Assembly: GCA_964612415.1 (NCBI GenBank)
Contig: CAZTCT010000009.1
Location: 1 to 21,485, forward strand
Source: an uncultured Candidatus Saccharibacteria bacterium
GTDB lineage: Bacteria > Patescibacteriota > Minisyncoccia > Phycocordibacterales > CAYRGE01
DNA: 21,485 bases
Reading direction: 5' to 3'
Shown here: positions 7,283 to 16,896 of the stretch, piece after piece
Position numbering within the stretch: the stretch's first letter is position 1
How the letters are laid out: every line of letters begins with the position of its first letter
The notes under the pieces: model-generated
What the model was told of the DNA's origin: nothing
What the model saw: the letters and a program-made list of their open reading frames with translations, nothing else
Databases searched by the model: none
Translations under genes and position numbers: made by a program

Positions 7283-9726
7283 ACGAGCGAAGCGATGCTA
7301 TCCCCAGGTCGCAATTTCATGATGCGAACTCCTTGAGTTTGTCGTCCAAGACACGGCACACTTGCAAGATCTGTTCTGATGACCTGACTCTTCTTTGAAA
7401 TCGCTACGATCTCTTCGTATTCATCAGTAACGACTTGCGCTGCCATTATTTTGCCAGTCTTTGCGGTAACCTTTGCGGTCTTGATACCTGACCCTCCTCG
7501 CTTCTGAGTCTTATACTCTTTGGCAGATGTGCGCTTCCCAAAACCATTCTGACTGAGTACTAAAATATCCGTCGCTCCTTCGGCGCCCTTCTTGATGATA
7601 TCCACTCCGACAATGTGGTCGCCTTTACCGAGCTTCATTGCGCGCACGCCACCAGCGCCACGTCCCATTTCTCTAATATCACTCTCTTTGAAGCGTACAG
7701 ATTGCCCATTGGCAGTGATGAGAATGACTTCATCGCCCTTCTCGACAAATCGCGCAGCAAGCAACTCGTCCTTTGGAGCCAACTTAATGGCGATCAGCCC
7801 GCCTCTTCGTACATCACGGAAGCTTTTTGCGGCTACCTTTTTTGCGGTGCCCTCTTTTGTCACCATAAGAAGCGAGAGGTTCTCCTGCTTTTTTGTCTCT
7901 TTTGGTACTGCAAGGATCGAGCTTACATGCTCTTCGCCAGAAAGTGAGAGGAAGTTCATTACTGACTTACCACGAGTGGCGCGCTTTCCTTCCGGAATAT
8001 CATACATTTTGATCTGATACGCCTTTCCTTTGTCAGAGAAAAAGAGCAAATCATTGTGAGTGCTTGTGCTAAGGAAGTGCGTAATAAAATCCTCTTCTTT
8101 TGTATGTAAATCAACGATACCTACCCCTCCCCGCTTTTGTTTTCGATATTCAGATGGATTGGTGCGCTTTATATAGCCTCCTCCGGTGAACACAAGCACT
8201 GATTCTTCATCGGGGATCATGTCCTCAACAGAGATTTCTTTCGCACCGTGCTTGACGATCTTTGTACGGCGCTCGTCATTGTACTTCTCTTTGATGGCAA
8301 GAAGCTCATCTTTCACCACACCCATGATCTTCTTAGGGCTTCCGAGAAGCTCTTTAAGAGCCTTAATGAGTTCTTTCTTTTCTTTGAGCTCGTCCTCAAT
8401 CGCTTTGCGCTCAAGACCGGCGAGCTTCTGGAGGCGCATATCAAGAATCGCCACTGCCTGTCGCTCGGAGAATTTAAACTCCTTCATCAAGTTCTGCTGC
8501 GCTGTGGGAGTATCTTTTGAGCGCTTAATGACCTTGATGACCTCATCAATATGGTCAAGTGCTTTTTTGAGCCCTTCAAGAATGTGTGCGCGTTCTTCCG
8601 CCTTACGAAGATCATACTCCGCGCGTCGGATTACAACCACCTTGCGATGTTTTACAAATTCACCAAGGATGGACTTGAGAGAAAGCGTCTGTGGCTCCCC
8701 GTCTACAAGTGCAACAAGGTTGAAGTGGAATGAGGTCTCAAGATCAGTGTGCTTGTACAGCGCGTTAAGAACTTTCTGTGGATATGCCCCGCTCTTGAGG
8801 TCAATAACCACACGAATATCTCTTGTGGATTCATCGCGAAGGTTTTTGATACCTTCTACTTTTTTGTCGCGTACAAGGTCAGCAATCTGCACCACGAGAT
8901 CAGACTTGTTCACACGAAAAGGAATAGAGGTGATGACGATTTGATCATGAGACTTTGCCTCTACTATTTCCGCTACTCCACGCACCACTACACCTCCTCG
9001 CCCAGAGGCATACGCATGTCGCAAGTCGCTCTCTCCAAACACAATACCTCCCGTTGGGAAGTCAGGACCTTTCACGTAAGTAAGGAGATCTTCGGTTGTT
9101 GCATTTGGATCGTCAATAAGATGCGCACACGCATCCACCACTTCACCCAGATGATGCGGAGGAACATTCGTCGCCATACCGACAGCAATACCAAGCGTCC
9201 CATTAAGAAGAAAATTGGGTACTGCCGCAGGCAAAACGATTGGTTCCTTGAGACGCCCATCATAGTTGGGACGCCAGTCAACAGTCTCTTTCTCAAGATC
9301 AGCGAGCATTTCTCCTGCAAGACGAGACATTTTTGCCTCCGTATAACGCATAGCTGCTGGGGCATCACCGTCAATTGAACCAAAGTTACCCTGTCCAAGT
9401 ACAAGAGGATAGCGTGTTGCAAAAGTCTGTGCGATCTTGACCATCGCATCATATACAGACGCATCGCCATGCGGGTGATACTTACCAAGCACATCACCAA
9501 CGACTGTCGCCGATTTGCGGAACTTGGCATTTGAGGTAAGGCCCGCTTCATACATCGCATAAAGGATGCGGCGATGTACTGGTTTGAGCCCGTCGCGCAC
9601 ATCAGGAAGCGCACGAGAAGTGATGACCGACATCGCATAGTCGAGATAAGAGGCCTGCATTTCGGCCGTAATATCAATTGGGAGAATCCTTTCCTGTCCT
9701 TCGTCTTTACGCGGTTCGTCAGCCAT
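7273..9726 (-). CDS. gyrA: DNA gyrase subunit A
   Basis: 817 aa; [32 protein letters not shown], active-site region [34 protein letters not shown], and C-terminal GyrA-box QKRGGSGI (supports GyrA over ParC). Confidence 0.92.
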   Translation of the reverse strand: MADEPRKDEGQERILPIDITAEMQASYLDYAMSVITSRALPDVRDGLKPVHRRILYAMYEAGLTSNAKFRKSATVVGDVLGKYHPHGDASVYDAMVKIAQTFATRYPLVLGQGNFGSIDGDAPAAMRYTEAKMSRLAGEMLADLEKETVDWRPNYDGRLKEPIVLPAAVPNFLLNGTLGIAVGMATNVPPHHLGEVVDACAHLIDDPNATTEDLLTYVKGPDFPTGGIVFGESDLRHAYASGRGGVVVRGVAEIVEAKSHDQIVITSIPFRVNKSDLVVQIADLVRDKKVEGIKNLRDESTRDIRVVIDLKSGAYPQKVLNALYKHTDLETSFHFNLVALVDGEPQTLSLKSILGEFVKHRKVVVIRRAEYDLRKAEERAHILEGLKKALDHIDEVIKVIKRSKDTPTAQQNLMKEFKFSERQAVAILDMRLQKLAGLERKAIEDELKEKKELIKALKELLGSPKKIMGVVKDELLAIKEKYNDERRTKIVKHGAKEISVEDMIPDEESVLVFTGGGYIKRTNPSEYRKQKRGGVGIVDLHTKEEDFITHFLSTSTHNDLLFFSDKGKAYQIKMYDIPEGKRATRGKSVMNFLSLSGEEHVSSILAVPKETKKQENLSLLMVTKEGTAKKVAAKSFRDVRRGGLIAIKLAPKDELLAARFVEKGDEVILITANGQSVRFKESDIREMGRGAGGVRAMKLGKGDHIVGVDIIKKGAEGATDILVLSQNGFGKRTSAKEYKTQKRGGSGIKTAKVTAKTGKIMAAQVVTDEYEEIVAISKKSQVIRTDLASVPCLGRQTQGVRIMKLRPGDSIASLVCL

Positions 9727-9738
9727 ATTACTCTTTAA

Positions 9739-10155
9739 TTATAGCATAAATTCATCGGGATTTGAAGGGGCTGGAGGCACCGGAAAACCTTCATTTTCAA
9801 GGCTATTTTGGCCCTCTTCGGTAGTTGAAGCATTGTCGACACCCGCACCGAGCGCCCCTGGCGCGGTTTCAGGATTCCCGTTGATGAGCTGGAAGATTAA
9901 TTCGCTCGTCTCAGGGTCAGTATTGCCAGAACCTCCTGCATTAAGCGGGTTCCCAAACTTCTCTTTAATATTGGAAAACATTGAAGAAAAAGCCTTGGCG
10001 GGGCTTTCTCCTGTTTTTTTGGAACTATTTTCTTTAGAAAAATCGGGGAGCGTAAAGCCGATCGCGCAAATGATAAACATAATGCTTACCGTAAGCGCAA
10101 TAGCCATCTTGCGACGAGTGGCAACTGGTTTTTGTCTAAGATCTTCAAGGCTCAT
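9739..10155 (-). CDS. hypothetical single-pass membrane protein with low-complexity extracytoplasmic tail
   Basis: 138 aa; basic N-terminus then TM helix MAIALTVSIMFIICAIGF; Gly/Asn/Glu/Pro-rich remainder; no recognisable family. Confidence 0.45.
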   Translation of the reverse strand: MSLEDLRQKPVATRRKMAIALTVSIMFIICAIGFTLPDFSKENSSKKTGESPAKAFSSMFSNIKEKFGNPLNAGGSGNTDPETSELIFQLINGNPETAPGALGAGVDNASTTEEGQNSLENEGFPVPPAPSNPDEFML

Positions 10156-10186
10156 TTTAAAAGGGCAGAAACTAAGTTATGACTTT

Positions 10187-10828
10187 CTACGACATCGTTG
10201 GGGTAAGCACCACAATGGCTCCCTCTTTACCAGACAAGTCCTTCTTTTTGATCGTAAGCTTATCAAGCTCCTCAGAAGGATTCGCCGCTTCTTTAAGGAA
10301 AGCCTGCAGCTCCTTACTTTTGCCTTCGCCATAGTGCATAGGGATTATAATATTGGGCTCAAGTAGTACCGCTACTTTACTATATGCATCAGATGGGTTA
10401 AGGACATCGCCTCCACCAATAGGAGCAAAGAGGATCTCGACCTGCCCTATCTTCTCTCGAATATCAGCAGTAAGCTGAGTATGCGAAGAAAGCGCACCCA
10501 AAAAACACAGCGAAATATTTTCAAACACCACGGAATAAATTGTGTTCATCTTCTTTGCGCCACCATAGGTGGTCTCCACACCAAACCCACGAATTGAAAC
10601 CCCGCTTTTTTCATATTCCCCAGGACCAGAGATGACAAAGGGCTTTTTATCTCCGTAAGAAAGGGTCTCTTCGCCGTCAAAGTCAGGATGCTTCATGGAA
10701 ACAAGCGCTATATCTGCGCCAAATTTCCCTGATTTAAAATCAGATGTCTTTGCAGGAGGATTGTAGCCAATGACAGTGTCTCCCACCTGCAATTTAAAGA
10801 ATTCTCCACCGTAGTATGTAATCACCAT
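10187..10828 (-). CDS. MBL-fold (UPF0173-like) metal-dependent hydrolase family protein with degenerate His motif
   Basis: 213 aa; MVITYYGGEFFKLQ...IGYNP resembles MKITYLGHSCFLIE...ILIDP; FAPIGGGDV...LEPNIIIPMHYG resembles the PIGG...LL.P..IPMHY tail; HxHxDH replaced by SMKHPDFDG. Confidence 0.5.
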   Translation of the reverse strand: MVITYYGGEFFKLQVGDTVIGYNPPAKTSDFKSGKFGADIALVSMKHPDFDGEETLSYGDKKPFVISGPGEYEKSGVSIRGFGVETTYGGAKKMNTIYSVVFENISLCFLGALSSHTQLTADIREKIGQVEILFAPIGGGDVLNPSDAYSKVAVLLEPNIIIPMHYGEGKSKELQAFLKEAANPSEELDKLTIKKKDLSGKEGAIVVLTPTMS

Positions 10829-10834
10829 ATAGGC

Positions 10835-10862
10835 AGTATACTAGCAGAAATCTGGGTCCAAA
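10835..10862 (-). promoter_or_regulatory. candidate promoter giving a leaderless transcript for 10187..10828
   Basis: Minus strand TTTGGA/TTGGAC, 15-16 nt spacer, TATACT (10840-10835), only 6 nt before the ATG. Confidence 0.35.
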
Positions 10863-10879
10863 GAAAAGAAAAAGTGGGC

Positions 10880-10908
10880 TTTACAAAGATCGTTTGATTT
10901 GTTATATT
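10880..10908 (+). promoter_or_regulatory. near-consensus sigma70 promoter upstream of rpsA
   Basis: TTTACA (10880-10885), 17-nt spacer, TATATT (10903-10908). Confidence 0.6.
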
Positions 10909-11012
10909 GGCCCCCATAGAGTGAGTGTGAGTAAAAGTTCATATTGATTAATAACAACTTTGAGGCTAACCCCGGCTGATGCACGTAGATCTTTCGGAAC
11001 CTTAAGGCGGAG

Positions 11013-11036
11013 CCCCGCTTTAAGCGGGCATTTTTT
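11013..11036 (+). promoter_or_regulatory. terminator/attenuator-like hairpin in the rpsA leader
   Basis: CCCGC-TTTAA-GCGGG followed by TTTTTT, ending 5 nt before the rpsA ATG. Confidence 0.4.
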
Positions 11037-11040
11037 AATT

Positions 11041-12174
11041 ATGGAAAAAACAATTGACGTAGAAGAGATTAAGCGCCTTGCTCAGGAAGATGACAAAGGG
11101 AAAGGCGGCAAAATCACCATAGGCGGTTCAATGAAGGATATACACGAGCATCCGGCTGTTTCTGACCTTGTTGAAGGACAAGTGATTGACATAGACAAAG
11201 CAGCAATGTACATAGACTTGCCTCCGTTTGGCACGGGTATTATTTACGGCCGCGAATTCATCAATGCACGCGACATTATAAAGAAAGTTGCCATCGGCGA
11301 TACGATCACCGCAAAAGTGGTTGATGTTGAGAATGAGGATGGCTACATTGAACTCTCCCTTAAAGAGGCCCGCCAGGCGATGACTTGGGGTGAAGCAGAG
11401 GACGCACTTAAGCACAAATCGGTATTTGACCTGACGGTAAAAGAAGCAAACAAGGGTGGTCTTCTTATTGAATGGCAAGGAATCCAAGGATTTCTGCCTG
11501 CTTCTCAACTCAAAGCAGAACATTATCCACGAGTTGAAGATGGCGACAAGGACAAAATTCTTGAGGAACTCAAAAAACTTGTTGGCACTAAACTCTCAGT
11601 AATGATCATCACCGCAGACGCAAAGGAGAATAAACTTATCTTCTCCGAAAAAGACCCTGAGCAGGAGGACCGCACAGAGATTATAGAAAAATACCGTGTT
11701 GGCGATGTTGTCACAGGAGAGATCACGGGCATTGTTGATTTTGGAATCTTTGTGAAGCTTGAAGAAAATCTCGAGGGCCTTGTGCACATTTCAGAGATTG
11801 ATTGGGGTCTCGTAGAGAATCCTCGTGCACTGTACCAGCCAGGAGACAAGGTTGAAGTAAAAGTAATTGAGGTGAAAGGAGGGAAAATTTCTCTCTCCAT
11901 CAAGGCGCTCAAGCCAAATCCTTGGATGGATGCAGAGAAGCGCTACAAGAAAGGAGATGACGTATCTGCAGTTATCATCAAGTACAACCAATATGGTGCA
12001 CTTGCTTCAATAGAAGAAGGTGTCGCTGGTCTTGTACACATCTCTGAGTTCGGTGGCTCACTTGAAGAACTCAAAAAACACCTTGAACTCGGAAAGAAAT
12101 ACTCTTTCAAAATCAACGTCTTTGAGCCAAAGGAGCAACGAATGACACTCCACTTCGCAAAAGAGAAGGAGTAA
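11041..12174 (+). CDS. rpsA: 30S ribosomal protein S1 (short, four S1 domains)
   Basis: Repeated S1/OB motifs (GQVIDIDKAAMYIDL..., GDTITAKVVDVENEDGYIELSLKEA, GDVVTGEITGIVDFGIFVKL...GLVHISEI, GDKVEVKVIEVKGGKISLSIKA, GLVHISEF); ATG at 11041 preferred over the TTG-initiated extension at 10960 because of the leader hairpin and N-terminal alignment. Confidence 0.8.
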   Translation: MEKTIDVEEIKRLAQEDDKGKGGKITIGGSMKDIHEHPAVSDLVEGQVIDIDKAAMYIDLPPFGTGIIYGREFINARDIIKKVAIGDTITAKVVDVENEDGYIELSLKEARQAMTWGEAEDALKHKSVFDLTVKEANKGGLLIEWQGIQGFLPASQLKAEHYPRVEDGDKDKILEELKKLVGTKLSVMIITADAKENKLIFSEKDPEQEDRTEIIEKYRVGDVVTGEITGIVDFGIFVKLEENLEGLVHISEIDWGLVENPRALYQPGDKVEVKVIEVKGGKISLSIKALKPNPWMDAEKRYKKGDDVSAVIIKYNQYGALASIEEGVAGLVHISEFGGSLEELKKHLELGKKYSFKINVFEPKEQRMTLHFAKEKE

Positions 12175-12177
12175 GCA

Positions 12178-12210
12178 ATAAAAAACCTCGCCACATGGCG
12201 AGGTTTTTTA
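12178..12210. terminator. bidirectional rho-independent terminator between rpsA and pth
   Basis: AAAAAA-CCTCGCC-ACAT-GGCGAGG-TTTTTT. Confidence 0.7.
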
Positions 12211-12810
12211 TTTGACTCCCTCGTTTTGAGAGAAAAGACTCAACGCCTTATCTTTCCCATGTCGAATAAATAATCCAAGGGCACGATCAACGTCTTTCGC
12301 GACTGCCAGGAGCCCTTGTTCATCTTTTTTGCCAAATGGAGAAAGCAAGAAAGCTTCCACTGCCTGCTCCCCTTTTGGTTTTTTCACATGTCCAAAGAGG
12401 CTGCGGTGCAAAATGCCCACACGAACTCGAAAAAAATCTCTGGTTCCAAGTTCATCAATGACTGATTGTACGCCTCGATGCCCCCCAGAACCTCGTCCAA
12501 ACGACAGTTTTATCTCGCCCAGCGGTATATCGAGATCGTCATACACCAAAACGAGCGCCACTTCTTGTTCTCGGGCAATAATCTTCTTAATCACTGTCCC
12601 TGAAATATTCATGAACCGCTCTGGGAATGCGAAAGTGACATTATTATCTTCAAGTGTTCCTTGTGAGGTGAGTGCTCCAGCGCCATCAGTTCTCCACTCT
12701 GAGAAGCCATGTGCTTTTCTTATTTCTTCCAGCACGATCCGCCCCGCGTTATGTCGCGTTCGTTCATATGTTTTCCCTGGATTCCCAAGCCCAACTACCA
12801 AATACAGCAT
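12208..12810 (-). CDS. pth: peptidyl-tRNA hydrolase
   Basis: LVVGLGNPGKTYERTRHNAG N-terminal signature; GHRGVQS; 200 aa. Confidence 0.9.
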   Translation of the reverse strand: MLYLVVGLGNPGKTYERTRHNAGRIVLEEIRKAHGFSEWRTDGAGALTSQGTLEDNNVTFAFPERFMNISGTVIKKIIAREQEVALVLVYDDLDIPLGEIKLSFGRGSGGHRGVQSVIDELGTRDFFRVRVGILHRSLFGHVKKPKGEQAVEAFLLSPFGKKDEQGLLAVAKDVDRALGLFIRHGKDKALSLFSQNEGVK

Positions 12811-12850
12811 ATTGAGGCAATTGTATCACGACCGATAAAAGAAAAGCTTC

Positions 12851-12879
12851 TTGCTCCACAAAATATTTTGCATTATGAT
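12851..12879 (+). promoter_or_regulatory. candidate promoter for lepB-hisS
   Basis: TTGCTC (12851-12856), 17-nt spacer, TATGAT (12874-12879) in the divergent pth/lepB gap. Confidence 0.45.
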
Positions 12880-12894
12880 GTATGCACTAGAAAA

Positions 12895-13512
12895 ATGCCT
12901 CCAGACTCTTCCATCCCTGAACAAGATCTAAACCCTTCGGCTCCACCACCACCCCGCCAGAGCACAGGCCTTCTTTTTGCTAAAGAAATATTCAAGTTTT
13001 TCCTCCTCGTCCTCATGGTCGTAGTGCCAATCCGCCTTTTTGTGGCACAGCCATTTATTGTCTCAGGTCCTTCTATGGAGCCCACCTTCTCTACTCGTAA
13101 TTACTTAATCATTGATGAGCTCTCATATCACCTACGATCCCCCGCCAGAGGAGAAGTGATTGTTCTTGAGGACCCAAGAAATACTGCCCTCTTCTTGATC
13201 AAGCGAGTTATCGGTCTCCCGGGAGACATAATTGACATTGAAGGAGGGCTAGTGAAGATCACGGACGACGAACATCCTGAAGGATTCTTTATTGACGAGC
13301 CGTATATCAGCGCCCCTGGTGGAGAGGGAGAATACTCACATGTTGAATTAGGAGAAAACCAATATTTTGTAATGGGAGACAATCGCCCTTACAGTCTTGA
13401 TTCAAGGGCGCTCGGACCTGTATCGGAAAACTTGATCGTAGGACGGGCATTGCTTCGCCTCTTGCCCATCAGCCAAGCAGCTGTATTGCCTGGGAATTAT
13501 AAAGAGGAATAA
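12895..13512 (+). CDS. lepB: signal peptidase I
   Basis: SGPSMEPT (catalytic Ser box), KRVIGLPGD, GDNRPYSLDSR boxes; start moved to the first ATG (12895) downstream of the divergent pth gene. Confidence 0.85.
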   Translation: MPPDSSIPEQDLNPSAPPPPRQSTGLLFAKEIFKFFLLVLMVVVPIRLFVAQPFIVSGPSMEPTFSTRNYLIIDELSYHLRSPARGEVIVLEDPRNTALFLIKRVIGLPGDIIDIEGGLVKITDDEHPEGFFIDEPYISAPGGEGEYSHVELGENQYFVMGDNRPYSLDSRALGPVSENLIVGRALLRLLPISQAAVLPGNYKEE

Positions 13513-13528
13513 TAAAGACCGCCACGAT

Positions 13529-14872
13529 ATGACCCGAAGCCAACCAAGCAAGAAAGAAACATTAGGAAGTCCAAAAGGGATGCACGACATTTTAGGTGAT
13601 GCATATTTTGACTACCAAGGTTTTTTTGAAAAAGCAGCAGATATCGCACTTTATTATGGATTCCAGCCCATTGAAACACCCATCCTTGAGAAAGAGGATG
13701 TGTTCGCTCGCACCCAAGAGGAAGGATCTGAATTGCTCGAGAAGGAAATGTACACACTTCGTACAAAAGGCGGTGATCGCCTCGCGCTTCGCCCAGAAGG
13801 AACAGCAAGTATCATGCGTGCATACATTGAACACGGCATGAATGCGCTCCCTCAACCGGTTTTGCTTTTTTATCACGGCCAATTTTTCCGCCATGAGAAC
13901 CCGCAGCACGGCCGTCTTCGTGAACTTCGGCAATTTGGAGTGGAGTGTCTTGGGACACAGAAGAGCATCGCGGATGCCCTCGTAATTAAAACCATTCTTG
14001 CGATTCTTGAGGAGGCGGGGGTGAAAAATACAGTAGTTGAAGTAAACAGTATTGGCGACAAAACATGCCGGGGGACCTTTGTGCGCAATTTGGTTACTTA
14101 CTACAAGAGACATATTAATGATATATGCCCGGATTGTAGACAAAGGCTTAAAACAAATCCTCTCCGTCTTCTTGATTGCAAGAACGCTAAATGCCAGGAG
14201 ATAAAGGAGGGTGCACCAGTACCGCTCGGAGATTTGTGCACCGAGTGTCGCCGACACTTCAAGGAGGTACTTGAATATCTTGAGGCGCTCGCTATCCCCT
14301 ACCGTATCAACGGGCATCTTGTCCGTGGTCTTGATTACTATACAAAAACCGTCTTTGAGGTGTTCTCTGAGGAGAAAGAGGATGCGGAAAGTCCTACAGG
14401 GGATGAAGCCCAAAAGGAAGAAAAAAAGGAGGCACCTGCTCCTTCACTTGCAATTGGAAGTGGCGGAAGATTTGACGAGCTTGGCGCAGCACTCGGCAGT
14501 CGAAAACCAATCCCTGCAATTGGTGGAGCTATTGGAGTTGATCGTGTATTAGGGCTCCCACATAAACGCCTCGCTCCCCGAATTCTCAAGAAGCCAAAAG
14601 TCTACTTTATACAATTAGGGTTCGAGGCAAAACTCAAGAGTCTCGCGGTTATTGATATCCTTAGAAAGTGCCGCATCCCCATCGTTCAATCCCTCGCAAA
14701 GGATGGGCTAAGTGCCCAACTCTCTCACGCAGAGAAACTTGAGGTGCCCTACACCATCATCTTCGGACAAAAGGAGGCTCTTGAGGATTCAGTTATTATC
14801 CGAGCAATGAAGGACCGGTCACAGGAAACAGTCAAGATAAGTGATTTAGGCAACTACCTCAAAGAACTCTAG
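13529..14872 (+). CDS. hisS: histidyl-tRNA synthetase (with Cys-rich insertion and a Glu/Lys-rich low-complexity insert)
   Basis: GMHDILGD (GMxDxLP), RPEGTAS, FRHENPQHGRLRELRQFGVE motif 2, GGRFDEL...GGAIGVDR motif 3; CPDC...CKNAKC...CTEC insertion. Confidence 0.88.
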   Translation: MTRSQPSKKETLGSPKGMHDILGDAYFDYQGFFEKAADIALYYGFQPIETPILEKEDVFARTQEEGSELLEKEMYTLRTKGGDRLALRPEGTASIMRAYIEHGMNALPQPVLLFYHGQFFRHENPQHGRLRELRQFGVECLGTQKSIADALVIKTILAILEEAGVKNTVVEVNSIGDKTCRGTFVRNLVTYYKRHINDICPDCRQRLKTNPLRLLDCKNAKCQEIKEGAPVPLGDLCTECRRHFKEVLEYLEALAIPYRINGHLVRGLDYYTKTVFEVFSEEKEDAESPTGDEAQKEEKKEAPAPSLAIGSGGRFDELGAALGSRKPIPAIGGAIGVDRVLGLPHKRLAPRILKKPKVYFIQLGFEAKLKSLAVIDILRKCRIPIVQSLAKDGLSAQLSHAEKLEVPYTIIFGQKEALEDSVIIRAMKDRSQETVKISDLGNYLKEL

Positions 14873-14922
14873 GAGGCCCACTAATTGCAAAAATAGCCAC
14901 ACTGTGGTACTCTAGCCGCCAT

Positions 14923-15153
14923 ATGACAGCAATTAATGCAGAGGTTCACAAGAACCCCAACGAGAACCCCGTAAACCTTCTCCGAAGGTTTACAAAGCGT
15001 GTCCAGGGCACCCGCGTCCTCTCTCGTGTTCGTAGTATCCGATTTTATAGCCGCCCTTCCTCAAAATTGGTCAAGCGAGAACAGGCTATCAAAAGGATCA
15101 AGCGCCACGCAGAAGTAACACGCCTCAAAAAACTCGGCAAAATCCCCTCTTAA
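14923..15153 (+). CDS. rpsU: 30S ribosomal protein S21
   Basis: 76 aa basic protein; LRRFTKRVQGTRVLSRVRSIRFYSRPS...KRHAEVTRLKKL resembles S21 (ALRRFKR...G.L.E.RRRE.YEKPT...KRHA). Confidence 0.8.
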   Translation: MTAINAEVHKNPNENPVNLLRRFTKRVQGTRVLSRVRSIRFYSRPSSKLVKREQAIKRIKRHAEVTRLKKLGKIPS

Positions 15154-15164
15154 GCATACGCGCA

Positions 15165-15542
15165 ATGCCATTTTCTGTTTCTAATACAACAAAGGGTAAG
15201 CATCCGCGCTTACCCTTTTCTCGTATAAAAGAGCACATATTCGGAGAGGCATACGATTTGAGCCTCGTCTTTATCGGGAGTGCCCGATCCCGCGCATTAA
15301 ATAAAAAGTACCGTGGCAAAGACCACCCCACAAACGTACTCTCCTTCCCTTTAGACAAAAATGCTGGCGAGATTTTTATAGATCTTTCTGTCGCAGTAAA
15401 AGAAGCACCGCTTTACGGTGAAACAACCAGATCTTTTGTCGCACTTTTGTTTATACACGGGTGTTTCCATTTGAAAGGTTTCGCACATGGTAGTAAAATG
15501 GAAAAAAAGGAAAAGGAAGTGCGTGCAGTGTTTTCAGTTTAG
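15165..15542 (+). CDS. ybeY: rRNA maturation endoribonuclease YbeY
   Basis: LSLVFIGSARSRALNKKYRGKDHPTNVLSFP and IHGCFHLKGFAHG (HxxxHxxGxxH zinc motif). Confidence 0.85.
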   Translation: MPFSVSNTTKGKHPRLPFSRIKEHIFGEAYDLSLVFIGSARSRALNKKYRGKDHPTNVLSFPLDKNAGEIFIDLSVAVKEAPLYGETTRSFVALLFIHGCFHLKGFAHGSKMEKKEKEVRAVFSV

Positions 15543-15628
15543 GTGCGTCGTGTGAAATGTGTGGAATGACACTGGGCACGAAAATATGGCACGCATTTTC
15601 TTTTTTGAAATTTGCCGCTTTTTGAGAT

Positions 15629-16804
15629 ATGGCACGCACAATCATCACCGGTATTGACGTAGGCACTTCTGCAACGCGCGTTGTAATAGCAGAATTGGAA
15701 AAAGGGCGCGTGCTTCCTCGTATTATCGGAACTGGTATCGCAGAATCCAAGGGACTCCGTCACGGCTATGTAGTCAACCGTCATGAGGCAGCAGAAAGCA
15801 TTGAGCTGGCAATCCGCATGGCAGAGAAATCAGCCGGGGTACGCGTCAAAAATGCCCTTATCTCCGTGGGCGGAATCAGCCTTGAATCAATTACCTCTCA
15901 TGGCACAGCAGTTGTATCCCGCGCCGACAGCGAGGTCACTGAGCTTGATGTCGAAAAGGCAATGACAAATAGCGAGGAGAACGTAGGGTCACTATCAAAC
16001 AAGCATATTATTCAATCTGTTCCACTCCAGTTCATCCTTGATGGGAAAGAAGTATACGGTCGCCCTGAGGGCATGCGAGGATCTAAGCTTGAAGTCAAAA
16101 CCTTGCTCGTTACCTGTCTTGATCAACATCTCCGCGAACTTGTACAGTCGATAGAGGACGCCGGGATTGATGTGGAGCACATTGTCGCAGCGCCTATCGC
16201 TGCAAGCTTGGTGGCACTTACGCGGCGGCAGCGTACAGTGGGATGCGCTCTGGTAAATATTGGAGCGGAGACAGTTTCTTTGGTTGTTTTTGAGGAAGAC
16301 CTCCCCATAACCCTTGGTGTCTTTAATATTGGTTCGAGCGATATCACAAGTGACATCGCCCTTGGTTTGCGCATCCCGCTTGAAGAGGCGGAAGAGATAA
16401 AAGTGAGTGGCGCAAACCCATCTCAATATCCAAAACGCAAATTGGACGAAATCATAGAAGCTCGTCTCTCTGACATATTTGAACTCATTGAAGCTCAGCT
16501 TAAAAAGATTTCTAGAAATGGCCTACTCCCTGCAGGAATCGTTATCACCGGAAAGGGTGCTGGTATTGCAACGATCGATGATCTGGCGCGAGCAGTCTTG
16601 CAACTGCCCTCCACGCGACCATCCGTAGATATCTTGCACACCATCACTCCGGTACCTCAAGGAATCCAGGATTCTTCTTGGTTTGTCGCATATGGACTCT
16701 GTATTTTTGGAGCAACTCAACGAAGTGGACAGGGGGGCATTTTCCCAGGAACATCCAAGATCGGACAGCAGCTAAAAAGCTGGCTAAAACAGCTTCTCCC
16801 ATAG
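15629..16804 (+). CDS. ftsA: cell division protein FtsA
   Basis: Actin-fold N-terminus ITGIDVGTSATRVVIAE; GTGIAESKGLRHGYVVN; 391 aa; position immediately upstream of ftsZ. Confidence 0.88.
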   Translation: MARTIITGIDVGTSATRVVIAELEKGRVLPRIIGTGIAESKGLRHGYVVNRHEAAESIELAIRMAEKSAGVRVKNALISVGGISLESITSHGTAVVSRADSEVTELDVEKAMTNSEENVGSLSNKHIIQSVPLQFILDGKEVYGRPEGMRGSKLEVKTLLVTCLDQHLRELVQSIEDAGIDVEHIVAAPIAASLVALTRRQRTVGCALVNIGAETVSLVVFEEDLPITLGVFNIGSSDITSDIALGLRIPLEEAEEIKVSGANPSQYPKRKLDEIIEARLSDIFELIEAQLKKISRNGLLPAGIVITGKGAGIATIDDLARAVLQLPSTRPSVDILHTITPVPQGIQDSSWFVAYGLCIFGATQRSGQGGIFPGTSKIGQQLKSWLKQLLP

Positions 16805-16896
16805 GGTCAAAAACCAAAATACCCTTGTAAATTGGCGCTTTTTTGCGCTTTTCTTTTTGTCATTTTCTGCTATCATTACAGCATTACTACTACGAA

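Noticed and set aside
8186-9378. Long plus-strand ORFs (252 aa at 8186..8944, 209 aa at 8749..9378) and the minus-strand 201-aa ORF at 9072..9677, all inside the gyrA locus
   Set aside because: They lie antisense to, or out of frame with, an unambiguous full-length gyrA. Ser/Arg/Leu-rich compositions are typical of shadow ORFs.
10960-11040. TTG-initiated N-terminal extension of rpsA given in the ORF track
   Set aside because: The extension contains the terminator-like hairpin plus T-run. The S1 N-terminal alignment starts at the ATG at 11041.
12709-12894. N-terminal extension of lepB overlapping pth on the opposite strand
   Set aside because: It would overlap 100 bp of the divergent pth coding region and the shared promoter region. 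Signal peptidase homology begins after the ATG at 12895.
13592-14413. 273-aa minus-strand ORF antisense to hisS
   Set aside because: Completely contained in hisS, whose class-II synthetase motifs are clear. No independent signals.
16843-16896. N-terminal extension of ftsZ ([18 protein letters not shown])
   Set aside because: Not part of the FtsZ fold and overlaps the ftsA-ftsZ intergenic region. The first ATG at 16897 gives a normal N-terminus.
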